DNA of 64,000 bases, taken from Gammaproteobacteria bacterium. Its GTDB lineage: Bacteria > Pseudomonadota > Gammaproteobacteria > CBDBNL01 > JAAOII01. Numbering within the stretch: the first letter of the stretch is position 1; every line of letters starts with the position of its first letter. A program made the translations under genes and the position numbers. Location: positions 1 to 64,000 of the forward strand of contig CBDBPY010000001.1 of assembly GCA_965209035.1 (NCBI GenBank), given 5' to 3'. This document shows, one piece after another, positions 49,601 to 57,949 of this stretch. A model generated the notes under the pieces. It saw nothing but the letters and a program-made list of their open reading frames with translations, made no database searches and was not told the DNA's origin.

Positions 49601-52600
49601 CTTTTGCCGTCGACGATTTCTCAACCGACACCAACGGCCGCGAAACCAAAATACCATTCCCCGACCACGATAAACCATCGAAAAATCTCGCAAACACCTT
49701 ATTCACCGACGGATCTATCTCACCACCATCTCCCAGCCCAACCGAATCCTCTATCCCCCTATCCGCCAGCATCGCCGACACATAACCCGCAAAATAATCC
49801 CCCATCGCCTCCACCAACGGCTTATCCAACGCCTTCACACTCGCAACCACCTTTTCCACCTCACCCAATCCTATATCCCTGCCCCCATTCAACATCAACG
49901 ACGACAACCAACTACGCGACAAACCATATCCCGACGATAAATCTCCCACATCTCCAAAAGCCCCGCCCAATTTCAATCCCGACTTCGGCGCGCCCACCGC
50001 CGCCGCCAAATCGTGCAAGCCCACATACAATTTCCTGATCTCTTCCTTTCTTTCTCCAACCTTCATCAAACCCTTGCCCACGAAAAATTTCCTCCAATCG
50101 CTAAATCCAATCCATTCATCAATCAACTTCGCCGCGTCAGCGCCGTCAGGTATTTCCGTAGCCGATACATCCGGCGCGCCGACAAGCGACGGGCCCTCTA
50201 TTTCACCCAAATCCCCCTCATCAACGCCTTCGATTCTTTTTGCGTCCTCATCCGTCTTATCCTCCCCCACAACCCCCAAATCCAACCCCTCGCCGCGCGA
50301 ATCGCTCTTATCCTCATCTACCCCCTCATCCTCCACCAATTCGGCTAAAACGCCCTCTTTTGCAGGAGATTCCTCAACAATCGGTTTTGTCTCCTCCTTC
50401 ACCATAACCTCTCCTCTACTCTCAACCTCGCTCGCCGCCGACACCATCTCTTCATTCCCCGCCCGATAACCCAATTTCTTCATCACCACATCTCCCTTTC
50501 CCCCTCCTTTCTCAAAAACCAACACCCGAAAATCAAACTTTGCCCCCATCGACCAGTAATGCGAGCCGTCAAATAGCAGATTCGCCCGCAAGTCATCTCC
50601 CCACTTCTCAAATAATTCTCTGCCCGAATCCTTATCAGAACGCAAGGAATGACCCACTATCGCCACCATACGACCTCCATCACGCAACGACTCCAATCCC
50701 CTATCCAACATTCCAGCCGCTATCCCTGCATCGGGCGCGCGACGACTTGGCAAATCCGCCGAACGCGAAAACGGCGGATTCATAAAAACCACATCAAACC
50801 CCTCTCCACCCATCACTTTCTTAAATTCTCCCTTCGCCGATAACTGATCCTCCGGGCTTATTTCAATCTCCGATCCCGCCGGCAACACCGCACGCAAAAA
50901 TCCCGCCCTTTGCTCGTCGTATTCGTTTGCGTAAATCTTGCTCCCCGATAAAAATACCGCCAATCCCCCTGTCCCCGCCGTCGGCTCAAATGACTTTTCT
51001 CCCTTCCTCGCATTCGCCAATAAACCGCCCAAAAAAGCAATTCGCGGCGGCGTAGAATACGCCTGCATCGACTTCTTGTCCGCCGTCGTCTCCGTTTGCC
51101 GCGGCAACAAATCCTCCAAAATCCCCACCGCACCCATCTGATTCCTCGCCGCCGACCAATCCACTTCGCCCGCCGCGTCCCTCGGTATTGCCGTCAAACC
51201 CATATCCAGCAAATATCTATTCACCCCCGCCTCCAACGACTCCCACAAATCACGCGAATTTAAACCGACCGCACCCGCCGAATTCATACGATTATCCAAG
51301 TCCACCCTGTTCGATATCGGATTCTGATCCCTCATCGCTCCCGACACAACCTGATATGCCGCAGTCATCGACTCAATCATCGACTCCGGCGCATCTCTCA
51401 TCTCCTCCAACCCTTTCTCCTCCTCATAAATCCCCGAATTCAACGCCGCCCTCGCCCTCGCCGCAAATCCCGACATCGCCCCCTCCCATACATCAACCGA
51501 CGACATCTCAATCAACAAATCCGACATCTCGTCAACCGATAACGACCACGCCAAAAACGCAGGCCCGCCGCCCCTCTTACCGCGCGGCTCGAATATCCTC
51601 TTACCCCTCCATTTCGGAATCGAGTATTCCCCCGATCTCCACTGCTCCCTATTCATCGCCCAAAAATCACGCACAACGCCGCGCAACCCACCGCCGCGCC
51701 CGAACACCCACTCCGACACGCTCGCCGAATCTCGCAATTCCAACATAGCCGAATTGTCATCAACCGCAGGCGTTTCGCCGGCCACCTCCACATCTCCCTC
51801 GTCCGGCGCCACCGGCAAATCTTTCGCAAGTGTTTCATCCACTTCGACCTCCGACTCCTCCGACCGCGACGATTCGTTATCCGACAAAACCTTTTCCTCC
51901 TGATTCTTTACCCCGCCCGTCCAAACTTCAATCGGATTAAACTCTCCCTCCTCATAACCAACCACCCCATCTTCACCAGATCCAATATGAAACGATCGCT
52001 TTCTTTCCTCTTTTTCTTCCTCCCGACTAGTATACGATACCTCACCCGAATAATACTTCGGCTTAACCACCACCAACATATCTTCCGCGATAAACGATAT
52101 CGCCTCCAACCCATTCAAAAACACATCGACCTCCGACTTTCCACGCGCTTTCGCCAACTCTCCAATCGCCCGCAAATATCTCGCGTCGACATAAACATCA
52201 GCCCTTTCGTATTCTATCCGCGCCGTTCCCCACTCCATTTTTGGCTTCGAATCTTTATTCTCTCGACGATCCTCTTTCTTAATGCCAATAAGATACCTCG
52301 TATCCTGCACGAAACGCGCCGTCGCCTTTTTCGGAATAACCCGCTCGATTTCTTCCTGATTGTAAAAAGCCACATCGAAATCAACTTCCCCGTTTTTCCG
52401 AAACATAAAACCATCATCCGGCGCGCCGTCCAATGTAGGAATACCAGACACCAACGCCATCGCCTGTTCGTCCGTTGCAACCGCCCGCCCAGCCACGAAA
52501 TATATGCCGCCAAGACTCATTTTTTTCAAATCGCCCTTATTATCAGCCGAAAACAAAAACATCGCCCGCCGCGTCTTTTCGTTCGCCTTGTCCGCCTCCA

Positions 52601-55600
52601 CCGCCGCCGATAGACGCGCACCCTTGTCCGCGTTATCAATCTCCTCTTGCTCTCGCTCGCTCCACATATTCCGTCCGTCGCTCTCCACATTGTCGTCGCC
52701 GCCCTCGGTTTTCTCCTCATTCTCCTCGATCGACTCGATCGACTCGATCGGCTCGCCTGATATCATCTTTTTCCAATCCTCAACCGGCCGAAAATCACCC
52801 CAATTTATCTCAACGAGCAACTTGATAGCCCCCGACTTATTTATATTGTCATCGCTTTGCACCATATCTCCCAACGCCTTGTTGCCCGAAAAAATAAACA
52901 CGCGGTGGTATTCTTCTCTCGCCCGCTCGATTTTTCCCTGCTCGTAAAAACCTATCTTGCTGATATATCCCCACCCCTCATCTCCCACCAAATCATACAC
53001 CATCCGCAAACTACGCGAATCCAACGCAAAAAACTCTTTGCCATCTTCTCCCACAAACGAATAAACATCATTGCCAACCTCTATTTTTCCGTTCAAACCA
53101 ACCTTTACTTTTCCTTCCAACGAAGGCAATCTAAACCTAAACACCGCGCTTTTAACGAAATCCGAATACGAATCAACGCCCTTTTCTCCCGCCTCAAATT
53201 CACCAAGCGTTGCGTCGCCGCGAACACCAACCGAAACTTTCGGATTACTCCTGCTCCCCGACAACTTTATCGTCAAACCGCCTTGCCGCTCGCCATCGAA
53301 GTAATCGTTATCCATATCCATTTTCGGCAACCCGCCAACAGCCGCGTTTGATCCCCCATATCTCGCCCAAGCCAAACCGCCCAACTCATCGAAAAAATCA
53401 TCGGTGTGGCTTATCTCCCAATCACGCGAAAAAGGAGTCAATCGCTTTCGCGCTGACGCAACTTCGGGTTTTAATATGAAGGCGATCGCCTGTTTTCTTT
53501 TAATGCCTGCCTTCGTTTTAGGCGGCTCTTCCTCATCTTTCGCCTTCTCCTCCGCCGACTCCTCTTTCACCGTCTCCTCCGCCGGCGCAACCGGCGGCGC
53601 AACCGATTCCGACACGATTACCCGCTTCTTCCCTCGCTTCTCCACTTTGAGACCAATCGCCTCCGCAACCGCTCCATCAGTTTGCTCGAACGCCACTCCC
53701 CGATTTTTCAAGTAAGACCAAAATTCCTTTTCTTCTCTCCCCTCAAAATTCGGAAGCACAGCCGCCGCATATTTAACCGCCGCCGCATTCGCCTCCTCAA
53801 TCGACCCCGAAAAATTCGCAATCGCCATCGCGCGATTTATCACATCTTCGCCTGCGCCATCATAACCCTGCGCCGACAGCAAATCCAACCACTCCGACCT
53901 CTCCGGCTTTCTTCCCTCCGAATCCAACACCGCGCCGATCGCCTCGTCCCGGCCATCCTCGACATATTCCGTTGCGGCGAGATCGTCGCTCGCCCCGTCC
54001 CCCAATTTATCGATTCTTTGATATTCCGCCAAAAATTCCTTAGCCTCATTCGAATCTGTGGTATTATCGGGCTGGATTTTCGCTTCGCGCCCACCTCCTT
54101 CTCCATCTCCTCGCGAAGTGGAAATCCCTTTTTTCCCCTTAACAATCCTCCCCGACGCTCTCGCGCCGCGCGCCTTGTCCGTCGCCTCCAAAATCGAATC
54201 CAACGCCTTCGCGCCAGTATCTCCCACGCTTTCCGCAAACTGCCGCAATGCCTCCTCGCCGCCCCTTCTCGCTTTGACGAACGCCCGACCCGCCGCCGCC
54301 AATCCCTCGTCGCCCCCAAATTCTTCCCGCGCCGCGTCCGTTGCCGAACCCAATTTTTCATCCACTCGGCGATACTTTTTCGCTCTCCAAACCGCGTGTC
54401 GAGGATGAACGCGGAAACTCGGCGGAACATAGCGACCATCACTAGCCGCCGCCAACTCCGCCCAATCACTCTCGATTTCAATCATCATCGATTCCAACCG
54501 CTCCAATCTCCCCGCCTTTTTCTCCCCTCCGCCTTTTTTCTCCGCCGCGCGAGCCGTTGCCCTATTTTTCACGCCTGCAACCGCCGATTCACCCGATCTC
54601 AATTCGCCCGATAATTTTTCATATCCCTCGATATTCGAGCGCAATCTCTCATCAATCGATTCCATTCCCGACGGCGGGCGACGCGAATCCAACAACCCCG
54701 ACACCAATCCCCGCGCACTGGCCGGAATCGCCGCCAAACCCTTTTTTACATAATCCGGCGCAACTTTCACAATCGCCGCCTCGACATCTTTCACACCACC
54801 AGACCAATTTTCCCCAAGTTGCGATTGCAGACCAGCCACAAAATTTCCGCCGCCGTCCTCACTTTTTCGATCCATCGCCGCAACCGCCGCCGCAAGCGAT
54901 TCCCGCGCCACGTCCGCCGTCGCACCCGGAACATAACCCATCGCCTCCTTGTCCGTCATCGAACTCGGCTTCGCGCCCGACAAAAGCGCGCCGCGTATCG
55001 CCGTCGCCAACTCCGCCGCCGCCCGCTCGTCCGCCCCGCTCGCAATCGCCTCGGCCGACAATTCACCAGCAATATCGCCGGCCCTCGAAACGCGCAACGC
55101 CGCATCCGTCGTTCCCCTTTTCGCCGCCCTCTCCGCTCTCTTATCCCCCAACCGCTTCGCCGCCTTCGCGCCCAAGCCAACGCCCGCCGACACAACCTCC
55201 GCGCTCGCGCCACCGCCCAAACCCCCTGCAAAACCCGCCGTCGCAGAAATCGCAATCTCCTCCGCCGTCGGAAAATCACCAGCCGCAACCGCCCCCGCAA
55301 ACAATTCCGCCGTCTCCTCCGCCGCTTCCTGCCCGGGCTCGAACAAAATCCCCGTCGCTCCACGTGAAACAGCAGGGTAAATTCTACCGCCAAGACCACC
55401 TAAAACCGCCCCCGCTCCGCCGCCAAGAGCCCAAGCAAGAGGCAGGCGCCTGCTTATCTCCGCTTCTCCAACTCCCGCAGTCCTCAATCTTTCCCTCGCT
55501 TCGTCGGCACTAAACGCACCAGACAAAGCACCACCAAAAGTTGCCGCTCCTCCCGCCGGAGACGACAACGCCGTTCCCGCTTTTTGTAGCGCCGTTCCCT

Positions 55601-56210
55601 TTTTCGCCAACGATAAAGCCGCTCCTGCACCGCGAATCGCACCAATTCCAGCGATAGAAAACGGCAAACTTCCAACGCCTTGACCGAGCGCATACTTAAA
55701 ATGATTCGGATTGATCCCACCATCCTCAAAAAACGGCCTCGCCTTCTGCCCCGCCGTATGTGCGTCTTCCTCGACAACATCAACTCCGTCCCCAAATGCC
55801 GCATCGTAAAAATCTTTCGGCAAAGCCAAACCTCTCTTGACTCCCTCACCAAAACTTTCTTTTCCCGATTCCAATAATTCAATGTCTCCCCATCCGCCGT
55901 TTCCATTAGACGGACTCACACCAACAACATCAAATCCGTCGTCCCTGTCCACGATCCCCCAAACCACATTTACCCCTTTCGCATCCGCGAAATCAACTAT
56001 TGCTTGGCCAGTATTCGCGTTTATCGGGATTATAGGTATATTTTTTGCGTCATCGGCGATATCAAGCCGGAATCCGTCGAGCCCGCTCCGCAACTTTGGC
56101 TTTGCTCGCCTTCGACCGCCTGCGGAATATCGATTCCGGATATCACTGGCGATTTGAGGAGCGCTTTGAGACAAGTCAATCGGGGTAATCGGTTCGGGCA
56201 TAAAATTCAT
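43671..56210 (-). CDS. Giant polyvalent DarB-like virion protein (N6-MTase, Strawberry-notch SF2 helicase, metallopeptidase, ADP-ribosyltransferase-like)
   Basis: EPTAGTG/FMNPPF; GWGVGLGKTR, LDESH, YLSGT, SRAGATGLNL, QGLGRSNR; LAHEIGH; NHRT..F..FD...FYFSS...KNPL...GHDAVIF. True start possibly ATG 56201. Confidence 0.88.
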   Translation of the reverse strand: MNFMPEPITPIDLSQSAPQIASDIRNRYSAGGRRRAKPKLRSGLDGFRLDIADDAKNIPIIPINANTGQAIVDFADAKGVNVVWGIVDRDDGFDVVGVSPSNGNGGWGDIELLESGKESFGEGVKRGLALPKDFYDAAFGDGVDVVEEDAHTAGQKARPFFEDGGINPNHFKYALGQGVGSLPFSIAGIGAIRGAGAALSLAKKGTALQKAGTALSSPAGGAATFGGALSGAFSADEARERLRTAGVGEAEISRRLPLAWALGGGAGAVLGGLGGRIYPAVSRGATGILFEPGQEAAEETAELFAGAVAAGDFPTAEEIAISATAGFAGGLGGGASAEVVSAGVGLGAKAAKRLGDKRAERAAKRGTTDAALRVSRAGDIAGELSAEAIASGADERAAAELATAIRGALLSGAKPSSMTDKEAMGYVPGATADVARESLAAAVAAMDRKSEDGGGNFVAGLQSQLGENWSGGVKDVEAAIVKVAPDYVKKGLAAIPASARGLVSGLLDSRRPPSGMESIDERLRSNIEGYEKLSGELRSGESAVAGVKNRATARAAEKKGGGEKKAGRLERLESMMIEIESDWAELAAASDGRYVPPSFRVHPRHAVWRAKKYRRVDEKLGSATDAAREEFGGDEGLAAAGRAFVKARRGGEEALRQFAESVGDTGAKALDSILEATDKARGARASGRIVKGKKGISTSRGDGEGGGREAKIQPDNTTDSNEAKEFLAEYQRIDKLGDGASDDLAATEYVEDGRDEAIGAVLDSEGRKPERSEWLDLLSAQGYDGAGEDVINRAMAIANFSGSIEEANAAAVKYAAAVLPNFEGREEKEFWSYLKNRGVAFEQTDGAVAEAIGLKVEKRGKKRVIVSESVAPPVAPAEETVKEESAEEKAKDEEEPPKTKAGIKRKQAIAFILKPEVASARKRLTPFSRDWEISHTDDFFDELGGLAWARYGGSNAAVGGLPKMDMDNDYFDGERQGGLTIKLSGSRSNPKVSVGVRGDATLGEFEAGEKGVDSYSDFVKSAVFRFRLPSLEGKVKVGLNGKIEVGNDVYSFVGEDGKEFFALDSRSLRMVYDLVGDEGWGYISKIGFYEQGKIERAREEYHRVFIFSGNKALGDMVQSDDNINKSGAIKLLVEINWGDFRPVEDWKKMISGEPIESIESIEENEEKTEGGDDNVESDGRNMWSEREQEEIDNADKGARLSAAVEADKANEKTRRAMFLFSADNKGDLKKMSLGGIYFVAGRAVATDEQAMALVSGIPTLDGAPDDGFMFRKNGEVDFDVAFYNQEEIERVIPKKATARFVQDTRYLIGIKKEDRRENKDSKPKMEWGTARIEYERADVYVDARYLRAIGELAKARGKSEVDVFLNGLEAISFIAEDMLVVVKPKYYSGEVSYTSREEEKEERKRSFHIGSGEDGVVGYEEGEFNPIEVWTGGVKNQEEKVLSDNESSRSEESEVEVDETLAKDLPVAPDEGDVEVAGETPAVDDNSAMLELRDSASVSEWVFGRGGGLRGVVRDFWAMNREQWRSGEYSIPKWRGKRIFEPRGKRGGGPAFLAWSLSVDEMSDLLIEMSSVDVWEGAMSGFAARARAALNSGIYEEEKGLEEMRDAPESMIESMTAAYQVVSGAMRDQNPISNRVDLDNRMNSAGAVGLNSRDLWESLEAGVNRYLLDMGLTAIPRDAAGEVDWSAARNQMGAVGILEDLLPRQTETTADKKSMQAYSTPPRIAFLGGLLANARKGEKSFEPTAGTGGLAVFLSGSKIYANEYDEQRAGFLRAVLPAGSEIEISPEDQLSAKGEFKKVMGGEGFDVVFMNPPFSRSADLPSRRAPDAGIAAGMLDRGLESLRDGGRMVAIVGHSLRSDKDSGRELFEKWGDDLRANLLFDGSHYWSMGAKFDFRVLVFEKGGGKGDVVMKKLGYRAGNEEMVSAASEVESRGEVMVKEETKPIVEESPAKEGVLAELVEDEGVDEDKSDSRGEGLDLGVVGEDKTDEDAKRIEGVDEGDLGEIEGPSLVGAPDVSATEIPDGADAAKLIDEWIGFSDWRKFFVGKGLMKVGERKEEIRKLYVGLHDLAAAVGAPKSGLKLGGAFGDVGDLSSGYGLSRSWLSSLMLNGGRDIGLGEVEKVVASVKALDKPLVEAMGDYFAGYVSAMLADRGIEDSVGLGDGGEIDPSVNKVFARFFDGLSWSGNGILVSRPLVSVEKSSTAKVAKARRVQRDLSGEGSFVSFDPTSIVSLDQISGATEKPKNADIVETMNMAGVMPPLVAESSRIGGDLSQVYDYQAAIGLQALDAFDRLVKLRNEFKGEEGMPDGDSVEVRGGYLAGWGVGLGKTRLAGLVAREVMRVSKQKRAVMFAPREVIDQAADDLSAVGAISGESYIRVGDKKADADLGVVENGFYALTYEAFSVGARGSAFKTSARYEQLNRMMGNDYDGVIVLDESHLVSNLGEEKEEGRKLKGSARAKLMERFLMRHPRARVLYLSGTAIKNVNSLGHLSRLGLFGVGDEYPFETADEIMREVSSDEGSRQGIGEGIALGAKERGVFSSLQQSEFGIENEAYPIELDDRMQLKSERAGELMLDIFWAVEEASESQLWAAGIEKEKMRKADANRGVRRSAIFGLFTRIQKALEIESKLPHIAPKSGGLVREMLKKGMRVILQGDSTGEADLKKSMLRALSEGDDISEVFDHNPTIAFENVVRAIFPIEKKHAVAGKDGSVSLETKFYTVSEKGRGYRQVEAEKVLTDSGKVRLFFPAIKDNKGEIKERKRSAGTLDFDPLVHFINAKTFLVSLVDPKLYEEREEALSLIKRIGIPLPPLDIIRGNLGDMVGEVTGRSAMLRFDANGKLLGGVAKRSGKANKEDMSLWRRGWGKNAKGEDSINTKKVLIISRAGATGLNLGDDPRETIFGEGLPGEAADSPVRSRKVAHIPIDFGWQVVAATQGLGRSNRVRQSTKPHRVIPYVSNDPTEARFMGAMLSKLREMGGVTRASGKGYTEGMDFLSGFDMFDKYGNEAVKNVLMSNRGIFYYLGYDFGVDKETYPAFDKVMNRVKFLPISKSSPMVRGWEKELSLMDEEKELKKKSDRAESKKNRNEKDETAIYDYRRLVWLKERLEMTRDRGSDELNRLATAFNRTDFVGTVLRERERLIEMDKRIGRYSEGIVKESADMIEAGESVSVDDFEFREVVMKSRRATISMEDIMSRISGDSIGGNKSEESYFFAVNRLGNPVAVVVWERDVTGYYRRPQMAGVDNTVVDAVRIVSPDGRESFREYSEGEIERLKKGKDGGKNLPMRAGEYKSGDKIFKEAWSERMESKSFAVSRKLVIPFGGDTLRQWKRLKKKTPGVSGSDSSLRLRQFTTRGGETFVGVWLRGKMESAAREMMSGKDTGLSMSAEELMKGVDNGETAIFETMRISSVGSGASRYYKIDPGATAVESDLSFLGDGWELMRNGRKVWGRSKSRGSVMRILEMKSGLVRLLGSGGVERFSIPRGVIGDKPFWEVTDEGAKKLGELEDGVINIRKIWIENGWRSQVRGIFPRDYFHNLADTKLLEYDGAGGYPEIVPDEDQINKITAKLRDKFQELLEYASEWRSMLEDEYDRLLEEEDYSKSEIRELKSDAKKTEKYAVKMIKEEMAKIRYANRWFRKKWPSDERYSIPSRDNYTARERRRFTDAAPVFFATADGDGSVVVGERVEARLPAKVILAEYPNVVRSMSDSGKAEVYAAHGGVERWKDAVEAIDPKKKRESLRIAGRLNEFFEGSGMRDSFGLDLRIQSDGGRGGGSFDPAARVIKIALDLESSEGEEEAMSTLAHEIGHVFYEHLSGRDRERVEEMMPEWKKRYGADIKRSVEETKSRNPGVSDWSWLEEEEAFGYAIQDWHRKGGDGIISRIMRFLRRLSGWLRREGLSSADEAADLFSRVLRGDVKIEDLSGGRARKIREMGGVSGGLVFSIPPPKKAIDENGKYNPNLDPRLKYAPLSNEIWNHRTNEEFPDFDIRKTKTASHFYFSSTPGGETMYGKRLIRARIAAKNPLVIGDLFEGVRDDGTFGPIDPPPWLKEWALSEYGDEVSDYESDYDREERENSGIDDDSAIDDDDGNSDDERERTDEQKKRAALQLFWEDTGTLYQSGGRGRQDSLINEALGNGHDAVIFPDIGKSDEESGIESAHTSLALEDPLLIINADTGEQMSAAGNQVGEE

Positions 56211-56236
56211 TTTACCATTAGTAGGGCGCGTATATG

Positions 56237-56263
56237 AAAAAATCCCCCGCCGGAGCGGGGGGA
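56237..56263 (-). terminator. Intrinsic terminator
   Basis: ATCCCCCGC-TCCG-GCGGGGGAT-TTTTT. Confidence 0.75.
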
Positions 56264-56282
56264 TGGGGGGGAGAGATGCGGA

Positions 56283-56579
56283 TTAGAAGCGGTGATACCC
56301 GGCCGCGGCGGCGCGGTGTCGGGCTTCCCATCGATCGGGATGGGAGCGCATAGCACGGGCGCCAACTTCCACGCAAGTATCGCCGGAGTGAGAGCCGGTC
56401 TCGATTTTCGCCGGAAAACCGCACTTGATGCAAGCGAGCAATTCGCTCGAAAAAGTATTTGTCCCATTTTCAGCGCCGCCGTGGGATAGGGTGCAAAGAT
56501 CGCCCCCGCACTTCGGGCATTCGCCCGAATACACCATCTTGCGTTGCTGGTCCCAGTTTTGGGCTTTTTGATTTTTCAT
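56283..56579 (-). CDS. Zinc-ribbon protein (ACUGGAA-leader gene G)
   Basis: CPKC...CIKC. Confidence 0.65.
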   Translation of the reverse strand: MKNQKAQNWDQQRKMVYSGECPKCGGDLCTLSHGGAENGTNTFSSELLACIKCGFPAKIETGSHSGDTCVEVGARAMRSHPDRWEARHRAAAAGYHRF

Positions 56580-56700
56580 TTTTGTTTTCCAGTTTTGGAT
56601 TTGTCCTCCCAACTTCCAGTCGTCGGGATTCGACAACTCTATTATATCATACAACGCCAAAAATAAAAAACCCCCCGCCTACGAAGCCGCAAGCGGGGGG
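56577..56700 (-). promoter_or_regulatory. Terminator, extended -10 promoter and ACUGGAA hairpin leader (copy G)
   Basis: CCCCCCGC..GCGGGGGG-TTTTTT; TGATATAAT; hairpin 56602-56635. Confidence 0.7.
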
Positions 56701-56721
56701 AGAGGAGAGGGGCGGTCGCAA

Positions 56722-57138
56722 TCAGTCCGAATCCATAAAGACCTTTTCATCTACGCGACAACCGCAACCGCCGCAAACAATTTCATCGCCTTTATCGACA
56801 TCCGGGTTGTATCCGGTGGTCTGGTGTCTCCGCCAAAATCGAGTGTGGCCGCACCCGCTACACCACTGCTTGTTATTTTCGAACATAACTTTGGCCGTGA
56901 TTGGGCTTGCGCGGGGGTCGGGCGCGGCGGCTGTGTCGGTTGGGGGGTAGTGATCCCAATGCGCGCCGGCATCGATACTTAATCCCAAGTCATTGATTGC
57001 CGCAATTGCTTTTATGGCAATCTCTCGCTGTGTCGGAAAGGCGCGGCAAGCCGCCTCCTCGCAAATGCGACTCAGCACACATTCGGCCTTTCGAACGATC
57101 TCGCGCTCGTTGTCGCTGATGATGATTTGATTTGTCAT
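56722..57138 (-). CDS. Hypothetical protein with C-terminal zinc ribbon (leader gene I)
   Basis: CSGC...CGGC. Confidence 0.65.
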   Translation of the reverse strand: MTNQIIISDNEREIVRKAECVLSRICEEAACRAFPTQREIAIKAIAAINDLGLSIDAGAHWDHYPPTDTAAAPDPRASPITAKVMFENNKQWCSGCGHTRFWRRHQTTGYNPDVDKGDEIVCGGCGCRVDEKVFMDSD

Positions 57139-57250
57139 TGGTGTTTCCAGTGTTTGATGTCCCGCCAGATTCCAGTTCCAGCAGTCGACAACTCCATTAT
57201 ATCACAAAGAGACAAAAATAAAAAACGCGGCGACACACTTACCGCCGCGT
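57136..57250 (-). promoter_or_regulatory. Terminator, extended -10 promoter and ACUGGAA hairpin leader (copy I)
   Basis: ACGCGGCG..CGCCGCGT-TTTTT; GTGATATAAT; hairpin 57158-57190. Confidence 0.7.
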
Positions 57251-57268
57251 CCCCCGTTGGTGATTTTA

Positions 57269-57949
57269 TCAGGGCAGAGATATTGTCTCGTCCCCACTCT
57301 CAATCGCGGAGCGGCTTATAATTTTGCCGTCTTTTACCACGATTATGATATCTTGCACCCCATCCGAATTATATCGATTAGGCAAATGCTCATAAGCGGC
57401 GGTAGCGAATCCGCCAAGTTCGTCATCGTCCAACTCTTTCGATATCGATTCCCCCCACACATTCCCCAATTCCCCCACCTTTTCCAGTTTGTCGATCTTG
57501 GAAAAGAGCGCCGATAATTTTTCGATTCTGCCGCTTTCGTGATCTCCGGCATCGGCCTTATCGGTTTCGAAAAAGCAATCATCTCCGCCATTCTCGATTT
57601 TCTCGTCGACGACCTGCTCGTAGCATTCGCCGCCGGCGATTGCGTTTTTAGCAATTTCGGATATCTCGCTCCAAACATCGGCGCGCGCTTGTATCCAAAA
57701 ACGGATAACTTGGATTCTCGTCGGCATCTGCCCCAAAAGAACGCCGCGATTTACGAAAACGCCATCAATGTGGGAGGGATAAACGGAGAATATCATCGGC
57801 GCGATAGCCAACAGCGCGGCGGATTCGGAGTCGGCGACGATGAAGCCGAGCGCGGCCGTGGCGACCGCCAATAACGCGGCGACGGCAACGGCGATAAATC
57901 CGCTTTCCGAATCATCGTTGCCGTCGCCGCGAGGATGATCAGCGATCAT
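57269..57949 (-). CDS. Membrane-anchored hypothetical protein
   Basis: ATGA coupling; N-terminal GFIAVAVAALL...AALLAIAP module. Confidence 0.65.
   Translation of the reverse strand: MIADHPRGDGNDDSESGFIAVAVAALLAVATAALGFIVADSESAALLAIAPMIFSVYPSHIDGVFVNRGVLLGQMPTRIQVIRFWIQARADVWSEISEIAKNAIAGGECYEQVVDEKIENGGDDCFFETDKADAGDHESGRIEKLSALFSKIDKLEKVGELGNVWGESISKELDDDELGGFATAAYEHLPNRYNSDGVQDIIIVVKDGKIISRSAIESGDETISLP

Noticed and set aside
56241-56270. CCCCGC..GCGGGG hairpin resembling a type I-E repeat
   Set aside because: It lacks the I-E ends and is followed by a U-tract on the minus strand, so it is better explained as a terminator.
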